From Azolla caroliniana (taxonomy: Eukaryota > Plantae > Polypodiophyta), in NCBI GenBank assembly GCA_043228905.1, contig JBHGNT010000010.1, positions 16,802,001 through 16,866,000 of the forward strand: 64,000 nucleotides of DNA, read 5' to 3'. The notes beneath the pieces are model-generated. The model was not told where the DNA came from, ran no database searches, and was given only the letters and a program-made list of their open reading frames with translations. Shown here piece by piece: positions 53,797 through 64,000 of this stretch. Both the position numbers and the translations under genes were made by a program. Each line of letters opens with the position of its first letter. The stretch's first letter is position 1.

Positions 53797-54944
53797 CTAG
53801 TGAAATCAACCTTGTCAAAAGAAGATATTAAAGCAACAGTATAATTCAGTACCTTGTTCTTGGCTATCTCAGCATTTCATTTCTTGAGATCTAAGAAATC
53901 AACCTTGTTGAAGGAACGATAAGAACAAAAACTATCCACTACCGCATTCATGCTGATCCCAAATTTCCATTTGCGAAAATCTAGAACATCATCCTCATTG
54001 AAAAACAATAACACATCAATGCTATCCACTACCTCATCCTTCCTGGTTTCAACTTTCCATTTCTGAAAATCACATGTTCACCTCCTTAAACCATCTTTCT
54101 TTGTCACATTCTAAGTGGGAAAGATTGCTTTCTCAGGCTGTTTTTTGGTGTTGATCACTCAAATTGTGTATATGAAAAAGCAACTCGAGACTTCAATTTT
54201 TTACGAGAGCAATTGCATTGACAAAGACGATGATTGTGAGAGACCTGGATCTGAGTTTTTTGGCACAGTTTTATGCTAGAAATTTCTTGCCCTTCAGTTT
54301 CCTTGAATCCAGGATGATGGCATCATTGTTGTGTGAAAGCTGGTTTTGCATGTTAAGCTTTAACATCATCATCTTCCATTCAAATTTAGCTTTCAAATCA
54401 TCATTTTCCATGGAAATCGAGCTCTAAGTTTCCAAGCTTTAACATCATTCTGTCCCATGGAGAATTCTTCGCTTTCACATTATCCTCTTCCATGGAAAAA
54501 TGCAATCATTTTCCATGGAAAACCAAATGCAATTAACTAAAGACTAGTTTTTCTAGCACGAAATCCTTCCACTAACAAAACAGCCATACCAAAATGTTGA
54601 TAATGGAATGCGTATTTCGGGTACTTATCCAGTTGAGGGCATTTCAAATACTCAGGGGGGTGTTTTACAGATCAGAAACAGAAAGTTATGACGACAAAAA
54701 CAGAGGAAACACCAGGATTTCTGATTGAAAAGATTTGTGGATGAGCAGAGGAGGGAAACATATGAAACTTACACTTCCTCCTCCTCTGATTCTTCGTCCC
54801 TTGTGCCCAATTCAAGCAAGACATGGCATTAGATTCCTTACTGTTTGCATACCTTTACTATACAGTATATGCTCTCTAGTCTACTCATATATATGTACAT
54901 ACATATATTGTTTCTGTTTGTTGCCAGGTATATGCCTGTACATT

Positions 54945-55476
54945 CATACATACAAACATACATACATACATACATACATACATACATACATACATACATA
55001 CATACATACATACATACATACATACATACATTCATACATACAAACATACAAACAAACATACATACAAACAAACATACATACATAAAAACATACATACATA
55101 CATACAAACATACATACATACAAACATACATACAAACAAACAAACATACATACATACATACATACATACAAACATACATACAAACATACAAACATACATA
55201 CATACATACATACATACATACATACATACATACATACATACATACATACATTACACATACATACATTCATACATACATCACACATACCTACATTCATACA
55301 TACATTATACATCATACATCATACATCATACATCATACATCATACATCATACATCATACACCATACATAATACATCATACATCATACACCATACACCATA
55401 CACTATACATCATGACCATACATCGTACATCATACACCATACATCATGACCATACATCGTACATCATACATACATG
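54945..55476. repeat. Compound microsatellite (ACAT/ACAA)n then (CATAC/CATCATA)n
   Basis: Direct reading. Confidence 0.95.
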
Positions 55477-56518
55477 CATGCCTAGGGCCACATGGGGAGC
55501 AACATGTTTATATATTCATGTTAGCCGCACTAGTGCGCTTATGATAGATCATTATTTTATGTCCAATCTCATTGAAACATATATGTACTTCCCCAACACT
55601 CTCCAATTTGTTGCTCACTCTAGGACTTGCAAAACATAACAACAATGTTGATTCCAAAATTAGTCATTATTGAATGAGGCACTCTGTACGTGGAAAGCAT
55701 TGGCTTTATAAACCATATGAGATATCTTCGATATGTCCTCATGACTTATAGTTTGTTGTTTCACGAGTTTAGTTTCTTGAAATTCCCTTATTTAACATGA
55801 TATAGTGGTAAATATTGGGCTTTTAGCATAAAGGGTCCTAGGCAAATGGGTTTTTATTTATGTTTATGTCCCGTTATAAAAACTCTTCATATTTTTCAGA
55901 TTTGTATCATCCACATTAACAATTTGCTCTAAAAAAATGATACATCAATGAATGTGATATGAGACTCCCTTGATAGTATTGCTTATGAAAATCCTCTCCT
56001 TTACACGTGGCAAACATTCACTCATTTTTTTATTGATTTTGTCCACTTATTTTGCAAAGTGTGCATGGCAATGGGGATCAAATCCAACAATCCTTTCTAA
56101 ATTGCAAGAACCGACTAAAACCCGGGTCTATATATATACTATACACCTTACACTCGAGATTATGCACACATGAGTGATGAAAAACAAAAAATGGTTACAC
56201 ATGAGATTGTGCTTATATTCGTGATACTAAATTATTGCTCGTTCATCAATCTTGCCCATTGACATCTTGCATATATCCAGACTCAAAATCATTATCCAAT
56301 CAAAATGATGCCCACTCATCCTCAAATTTGTACTCGATAGGAATTTCACAACAAAGTTTGATTGAAAGGGATAACTCCACCATAGTTGTTTGTGTAGTGA
56401 GAAAACCTATATAACGCGTAATTCAAATATATAAATAAACATGTTTTGCATGTATCAAGGAAGTTTTGGGTCCTTTCCTCTTGAATTCATGTCACTCAAG
56501 ACACATATGTTCATAGTG

Positions 56519-57574
56519 GAAACCTTTGATAAGGTTGCAATGGGATCCGGGAGAATTTTGGTGGAAAGATCCTTTTGATCATGCGGAAAAAAAGTGTGGT
56601 TTTTTTCAGTACTCAGTTAAGATTGGACGACACATTTTGGCAGCTCAACGTAGGACTACACCACGAGCTAGTCAATTTTGGACCCATCAAGGGATCACAT
56701 CCGAATTTCTAAGAAAGTTTTGGAGAACATTATGGAAAAGGAAGCAAGATATGAAAATAAATGTCTTCCAATGGCTAGTAATACATAGAGCATTACCAAT
56801 TGGCCAATGGTTGCAACAATCAACTGCACTGACCGCATGCATCTATTGTAGTTGTCAAATGGAGACATTGAAACATTGCTTGTGGGAATGTCATGCTGCA
56901 CAGCAAGTTTGGAGACGAGTGTTCCGAGTTCTTGCTTGTATGTTTAGGAATTGCAGTTTTTTGTGGGGTATGGTAGTATGGGATATAGTGGCACAAGTGA
57001 TGTGGCCATATGAGGCATGTCCAAATGACACGATTATTAGAATTCAAAGAGGAATGATAATGGTGGTGCAACGAAGTCAAATGGAGGCTCCTTATATTTT
57101 AGAGACAATGCAAGAAGTATGGGAGCTACTATGCACCACCACAATGTGGTTTATTTGAACTGCCAGGTGTTCTAAGGTGTTTGGTAATACTATTGTTCAT
57201 CCAGTGGAAAGTGTACAGAATGTCTGGATGGAGATGATACATACCTTGAAAGGGCGGTATGAGGATATTAAAGGTGACACAGATACTACAGTGTTGCAAC
57301 GTCTCAAATTTATTGCATATTGGAAGAAGGCCCCTTTTCTCACAATACAAAATTCCAGACCTAAATGGTGCTTAGCACCACCAGTATGGTTGTTCCCACC
57401 ACCAATCACATAGATTGGCTAAGGAGTGGTGGAGTGTTCATACTATTTATCCTTGAGGGATGGGACCTAAGGAATAATGCATCAGATCAATGGTAGCTTG
57501 ATGGTAGGTCAGTTTTTATTGTAATAATTGTTCATCACTAATGAAAGGATATTTTTCAGGAAAAGAAAAGAAAA
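56519..57574 (+). mobile_element. 5'-truncated L1-type LINE (zf-RVT C-terminus) with A-rich tail
   Basis: 16-bp TSD acatatgttcatagtg at 56503-56518 and 57575-57590; KINVFQWLVIHRALP, CIYC..ETLKHCLWEC zf-RVT; one in-frame TGA at 57156 (WFI*TAR); tail aaaagaaaagaaaa. Confidence 0.9.
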
Positions 57575-58431
57575 ACATATGTTCATAGTGTTTTTTTTCT
57601 TTAATTGACATTGCTTTCTACATAACGAAACTCCCCTCGAATCACCCTTCTAACATGGTTTCTAGAGGAGTATAAACATTGTCATAATCAAGTTAATAAA
57701 ACCAAATGCCATCTGGATCCCTCCTTTTGAGTGGCATGGTTATATGAAGAAGGGCGGTTCCTAAGTGACAAAATGATTGTAGTTATGTTCTCATATATTG
57801 TTTGTGTTACCAACACAAGCGGTGGAAACAATATGTATGCCATTTCTAGTATAATAAGGACTTATTGTTGGTTGATTGAGGATAGAAATATGTATCATGA
57901 TTGACGTTTTTGATGTACACTCCCCCCTTTTACTATTATTGGCACGTGGGTTCATAAATATCCCACGCGAATTGAATGATGATTTCATATGAAATATTCA
58001 ACAAGATCTTGACGGTCTATCATCTATATGCATGGAGATTTCATTAGTCGTACAAATGTTGACGACCTCATACATAAGGATAAAAACAAAGCATGGACAT
58101 TAGGTGGGGACATGAGTGACCCAACTACTCAACACAATGTTGTGTGAAGGGTTTGGTTGTCGGATCAACCTCTAAACTGGATTATGTTTCTTTGGGTCAA
58201 ACATAGTTTGCATGCGGAGTGAACTGAAATAGTGGATAAAGAATAAGATCGGGGTTTCATATCTCAAACCACAAGACTTGGAATTTTGTAGGTTTGGCAA
58301 GATCTTATCGACCATGCAACAAACAGAAGAAGTTAACAAGGATATCTTTTGGAGGTGAATCCAACGACTGAGATCTCTCATATGTTTGTTACTTGGGTGT
58401 CAATATGCCAAAGCTCTAAGGGCACCAAGAT

Positions 58432-58675
58432 TTGCAAGGTTACCGATAACTCGCCCATATGTCGAAACAATCAAGATCTCATACATTTCACAAGTGTCTA
58501 GGTTTGTGTGGATCAACCATTGTGAACTGGTTCAGGTTTGTTGGGTGTCAATTTAAGAACTCTCATATCGCCAAAAATTGCAAGGTTACCGATGACTCGC
58601 CCATATGCAGAAACAATCAAGCTCTCATACATTCACAAGAGTGTCTAGGGTTGTCGATCAACCATAGTGAACAAG
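58432..58675. repeat. Tandem duplication ~147 bp upstream of the PPR gene
   Basis: ttgcaaggttaccgat.actcgcccatatg..gaaacaatcaag.tctcatacatt at 58432 and 58579. Confidence 0.8.
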
Positions 58676-58841
58676 CGGATGCCGCCCTCAAGAAAGATGA
58701 AGGGTAATCTGGGAGTTCCAGAAACTCTAGGGGTATATGTTTTGGGGTTGGGGGGAGGGCATTTTGGTAAATGTCCATTTCCACTCATCTATCTCTGTTC
58801 CTCCAGAAATCATCAAAAGGAAAAGATAATGTCTATAGACC

Positions 58842-60575
58842 ATGGAATTATTACCTTCTGTGCACGGTTTCTTCCCAAAGCTTCATCAATGCAAAGAAGA
58901 GAAATCTTTACTCCATGCCCAGAACCTCCATTTTCATGCTCATTTCTATGGGTTGGATTCATCTGATGCTATTTCCAACCATTTCATCCCTCTGTTTCTT
59001 CAGTGTGGGAGCATATCAGAAGCCCATCGAGCTTTCAATCGGTTATCACATCGCAATGAGTACTCATGGACATCGATAATCCATGGTTATATCCACCATG
59101 GTAGATTTGATGAAGCTTTCTCCCTTTTTCATGACATGCAAGAAGATGGTGTTTGCCCTAACATATACACATACCCTGGTCTTCTTAGAGGTTGCTCTAA
59201 GGTTAGGTCCACCTGGAAAGGGCAAGCAATACATATGGAAATAATCAAATATGGCCTTGAAAACGATGGGTTTGTTGGAAATAGCCTCGTGGACATGTAT
59301 GCTAAATGCGGTTTGATTCTGGAATCTCATTATGTATTTGATAGATTAAACTTTCGAGATTCTGTATCTTGGAATTCACTCATTGGTGGGTTCATAGAAC
59401 ATGGACTTCACAAAGAAGCCTTGATATCTTTCCAACAAATGAAGCAAATGGATATGATTCCTAGTGTTGTCACATATATCTGTGGCTTGAAAGCATGTGC
59501 TAGTCTTGGTTTGATATGCATAGGACAAGAAATTCACGTGGAAATTATTAAAGAAGAGTACGAAAACGATGCCTTTCTTGCAAGCTCTTTGGTGGATATG
59601 TATGCAAAATGTGGGCGGATTTTGGAAGCAAAAGAAGTCTTTGATGACTTGAACATTAGAGATGTGGTTACTTGGACAGCATTGATGGCTGGTTATGCTG
59701 AATGTGGGTTCTATGAAGAAGCTTTAAAGTGCTTGGAAGAGATGCAAATACAAAGAGTGATTCCTAATGTAGTTTCGTGGAATTCTGCAATAATGGGTCT
59801 TGCAGACCAAGGTGAAAGCGAGAGAGCATTTGTAATTTATGCACAAATGCAAGAACAAGGTGTTATGGTTAATTCCGTTACATCCATTTGTACTCTAAAA
59901 GCATGTGGGATAACTGCCAATTTAAGGTCGGGCAAACGAATCCATGCTCAACTTCATACAAACGTAGGATCGATTTGTTGTGAATTTACAGTTCTGAATG
60001 CAGTTATTGATATGTATTGTAAATGTGGGAGCATGGTAGATGCTCAGTATGTGTTTGATCAACTGCCTCAATGTGATCTTCTGGGATGGTCATCTTTGAT
60101 AGCAGGATATGTATCTCAAGGAGAACTTAAAAGAACTTTTCACTTGCTCGGCCAACTTATAGAAAAAGGTATACAACCCGATGGGATTACATTTCTTAGT
60201 GTCCTTACTATATGTAGTCATGCAGGTCTAGTATTAAAAGGGCTGGGTTATTTCCAAGATATGGGCAATGAGTATGGAATTGTACCAGATCTTACACACT
60301 ATAATTCCGTCCTCGATCTTATGGCACGTGCAGGTCAGCTTGATGAAGCTATAGTCATAATGGATAAGATGCCTTGTGAACCTAATGTTGTCACTTGGAG
60401 TATCCTTCTAGGAGCTTGTCAAAGATGGGGAAATGCTGAGGTGGGCCAGCATGCATTTAATAATGCAATGGGTATGAATGAGAAACATTCATCAGCCTTC
60501 GTCTTGATGTCTAACATGTTCATCGATTTTCCATCTGAAGCAGAGGGGAAAGATTATTTGTATACTATACCTTAG
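58842..60575 (+). CDS. PLS-class pentatricopeptide repeat protein with E1 motif, no DYW domain (organellar RNA-editing factor type)
   Basis: 577-aa intronless ORF; repeated SLVDMYAKCG..VF, V(S/T)W(N/T)(S/A)L..G motifs; PDGITFLSVL.CSHAG, HY..LDL..RAG, PNVVTWSILLGAC.. Confidence 0.92.
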   Translation: MELLPSVHGFFPKLHQCKEEKSLLHAQNLHFHAHFYGLDSSDAISNHFIPLFLQCGSISEAHRAFNRLSHRNEYSWTSIIHGYIHHGRFDEAFSLFHDMQEDGVCPNIYTYPGLLRGCSKVRSTWKGQAIHMEIIKYGLENDGFVGNSLVDMYAKCGLILESHYVFDRLNFRDSVSWNSLIGGFIEHGLHKEALISFQQMKQMDMIPSVVTYICGLKACASLGLICIGQEIHVEIIKEEYENDAFLASSLVDMYAKCGRILEAKEVFDDLNIRDVVTWTALMAGYAECGFYEEALKCLEEMQIQRVIPNVVSWNSAIMGLADQGESERAFVIYAQMQEQGVMVNSVTSICTLKACGITANLRSGKRIHAQLHTNVGSICCEFTVLNAVIDMYCKCGSMVDAQYVFDQLPQCDLLGWSSLIAGYVSQGELKRTFHLLGQLIEKGIQPDGITFLSVLTICSHAGLVLKGLGYFQDMGNEYGIVPDLTHYNSVLDLMARAGQLDEAIVIMDKMPCEPNVVTWSILLGACQRWGNAEVGQHAFNNAMGMNEKHSSAFVLMSNMFIDFPSEAEGKDYLYTIP

Positions 60576-61379
60576 AAGTACCACTACATAGACATCATAT
60601 ATTCAAAGAGTTCCACTATGAATGAGAACTTGCCAAAATGATTTTTAAATGGTTAATGAATTTGACATCAAAAGTTTGAACTTCACATGCCTTCATGCAA
60701 ATTTAAACACGGATGGCTTTTCTTTGTCATGGTTGGAAAAGAGACAGTGTACTATGAGGCTATAGCTCCAGTGCATGATATACATGAACATCTACCATTT
60801 TGAAATTCTGTTTTCAATATAAGGCTGAAGTGCGCCTGAGGTCCCATTCGCAATACATGTGTAATTATGTATGATATGCCATCTAATTCATTACTCCTTA
60901 TTGTGTTACTCAAAACATGGGTTGATTAACAAAGGTTCATTCCATGGTCATAAATTAGTGTTTATCAATATCTTTTACCATCATCATATGTCTAGCATGT
61001 TGGCAAAGATATTTGACTCGGTCATTACATATATTTGATTATTTTGTACACTGGGGTCATGGACATAATTTGCACATAGTTTTTATATTTCATGAGGAGG
61101 CCAATTTTGACCTATAGGATTGAATAAACATATATCATATTATATGTGATTCCTTCTTAAGAAGGGGGCTTGCTACTCTATAGAAAAAGGTCCCTATGTG
61201 AAAATAATGCACACATATATGTGTTCCCCCTTCTTGATGGAGACTGGGGTATGACAATTAAACTATCATGCCCATCTAACAAGTCATTGTACTTCTCACA
61301 AATTACATTGTATGCTAAGAATGCTAAAAATAATTGATTCATCCTCCACTTGGTTTTCATTGCATATTCTCATACTTGT

Positions 61380-61880
61380 AATGATTTTGTGATGCTAACT
61401 CAACACCTAACTTGTGTGAGCAAGTTCGAAGAAGTGCTAGAGACCAGCCAACGCATGTTTCTTATAAGGACTACGACAAGGTAGGATGTTGAGGATTTGT
61501 TTTTTGATTGAGAATTTACTTCTTGATTTTATAAATAAGAACAGTTCTTGAATTTTTATCTATTTGATTCCATGCACCAAGGAATATAGTACTACTCCAC
61601 ACTTCCACTCCATAAAGCAACACCTGGGACAACCATAGCATTGAATAACATCAATCTCAATTCCCATCCTTGAGGTATCACTTTGGGCACAATGATTCTC
61701 AAACATAAAATGACTATTTCAATTTGCTTGGAGTATATACCCATAGCATGCATTCCACTTGTTTAGCAATGCATGTTCAAATCAAGATATTTGAAGCTTT
61801 GCACCACTTGTAATAGTTCTTACTTTATGTAAGTGTGGAGTAGTTTCTTAGTTGTATTGCCATCATTTTTGTCTATTAAA
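61380..61880 (-). mobile_element. Degenerate non-LTR reverse-transcriptase remnant
   Basis: QVVQSFKYL (FKYLG-like RT motif) on the minus strand near 61785-61811; rest decayed. Confidence 0.35.
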
Positions 61881-64000
61881 TGCATAATCTAACAAACCAA
61901 TTCTATATATAATTTTAATGAGTTAAGGGTAAGATAGTCAATTATCCTTGGAATTGGGGTCATATTCGACAAACCCATGAGGACTAATGATAGGTTGGAA
62001 CATGTGGTGGTCGAGGAGCTTTAGGTGTTGAGCTATATAAAGCGGACTAACTACTGTTCCATTAGAACATCTTGAGACACTTAGGTGAGGCTAAGCTCTC
62101 TTCATTGAGATCCATTATTTCAACAACTAAAGTGTAACATAAGGTAAGAATAGGTGGTTTGGGATACCAATAGTACTTTATGTTTGTTTCATGCCCTTTA
62201 CTTGAGGGTGATGAGTGTGGTTAAGCCCCGCCTAATACATTCTTCTCCTTAATCTCTTATTCTTTTGTTCATCATTAGGTCAAGCCATAATAGTCACCAT
62301 TAACATTTAGTTTGTTGATTTGAGAAAATGTTTCCAGTATACCAAGTGAGTATTGCATAGCATTCATGTTAAATGAGAATAACAAAGAATTTGACAGCAT
62401 ATTAGTATAAAACATAAACTCTTGCATAAGTTTTAGTCATCTAATCCTTCTCCTTCTACAATGTTGTTTACTATTTCTTCTAGTTTATTAGTGCGGGGGA
62501 GAGTGCACACCCTGCTTGATCCACATGTTGCTCAAGAAGTACTTTGAGAAACCATTGTCCAGTTGTAATTGGCATTGAGCTTCCTCATACAATTGTGCTC
62601 AAGGCACATTACTCGATGTGTACGATGTTGACAATAAATTTTGGACACAAGATGCCAATCTCATGATCTATTCCATGTGAATGCTAGTTTTGGCAAGCAA
62701 TGGTGGTGGATTGCATGTGGTAGTGACTTTAAAATACCAAAACTTTTCAAATGGGACATGTTTTTTCTGTGTATTGATTGGGGAGGATGTCCGATAATTT
62801 ACACACACAATTGTTGAAGTGATTTGGGTTGTTAAATTGAAATTCTAGGCATCATTAACTGGAAACTTTTGTCAACCGTTTAAAGGGTTTTCATTGAAGG
62901 ACCCTGATTTTTATCCTCTCATCAAACAAGGTTATGTTTGGCTGTCTTTGATATTGGGTATGTAGTTGAATTGAAGAATGAGAGATGTGTTTTTCAATGT
63001 ATCACATCATGTATGGAGGTGAAAGGAAAATTTATTTTGGTCGTTTTCACAATAAGCTCGATGAATTTATTGTCCTGGAATGAATTGCCTTAATGTCACT
63101 CGGTCTCATAACACATTAAAAGGTTTTCCTTCCAATAAGATCATCAGTATTGTAGTAGAGACAACAAGGGCTTTTTGTATTACCAGGTTGTTTTAATCAT
63201 TGTAACTTTGATTATTTTCAGTATTTGGATCTCTGAGATAATTGATGAATGTGAAATGTTTTACTTTTCATTGGGCAAAGTCAAATAGCCGAGTATAATC
63301 AGAGATTGAGATTGCAGTTCATTACTTTGCTATTTGCAAATGCATTGTCACAAGAGGAGGCACTCACTCGCACTTGTTATTCACCATATTCAGAACATTA
63401 TTTTTATTGTTGCTCAACATTAGGAAAGATGGAACAGTCATGATGCCTCATTATTTTGTAGATTTAATCTGTATTGTAATGGAACACAATATTGTTATCC
63501 TCCATGAACCTAAATGTTGGTCAAAGGAAGAGTCAAAGGAAGAATCAAAAGACCCAAGAAAGTGTATATATGACCAAATCAATTCAATTTAGTAATTTGA
63601 TTCACAAAATGCATATTCGCTTTTCTTAATCTTTAGACAATTTATTGAACCATCAGAAACAAGTCTCATATTTCCGTGACATTAAAGTGAATCAACAATA
63701 TGAAATTGTAAAGGTAAATTGTGGCATGACTTGGATTTTCGCCTTTGTTAAAAAGAATTAATTTAAATTTAAATTTGTACAGCAGTTTGCTTTATCTAAT
63801 TTATTGTCTTCTGGTACCCAAGGATTTTAATTCCTTCATTTTTTTTGGCAAATCTACAGCAAAGGCTTTCAGTGTCAATATATATAATTGTTTGTGAAAC
63901 ATCCAAGAAATTTATTTATGTCAAATGGTTGTCATCTTCCTGACAACAATATTTGAGTTTCAACAACGGATGCTTTTTGCACTCTCATGGCTTCAATGTT

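Noticed and set aside
54735-55639. Long ORFs such as the 264-aa YIHT/HHTS-repeat and MYVC-repeat ORFs
   Set aside because: Translations of a microsatellite; no coding evidence

Overview
AT-rich eukaryotic nuclear DNA from a land plant. It is probably a fern or other seed-free plant, inferred from an intronless PLS-E PPR gene, dense AG/ACAT microsatellites and TE-filled introns. No prokaryotic features, CRISPR arrays, rRNA or tRNA genes were found. Spliced genes reconstructed by eye, left to right: a C2H2-like zinc-finger membrane protein (+, 5' exon outside the window); a PH-domain SWAP70-like protein (+) with a U12-type intron; an OLA1/YchF pseudogene (-); F-box/LRR gene A (-); CDKG (-) with two uORFs and an internal splice donor in its leader; an intact OLA1/YchF (-); F-box/LRR gene B (-); a tail-anchored coiled-coil gene (-) with a decayed repetitive 5' region and a duplicated 3' end; a 5'-truncated LINE with a 16-bp TSD; and a PLS-class PPR gene (+). 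The [OLA1 + F-box] pair is duplicated on either side of CDKG. The most notable non-coding signal is a cluster of CCAAT/CCAAC-N9-CCACG (ERSE-type) elements kept in both F-box promoters. Two hAT-type MITEs with 8-bp TSDs, several near-perfect tandem duplications and degenerate copia, LINE and MULE remnants fill introns and intergenic space. Family assignments come from recalled motifs, not database searches.
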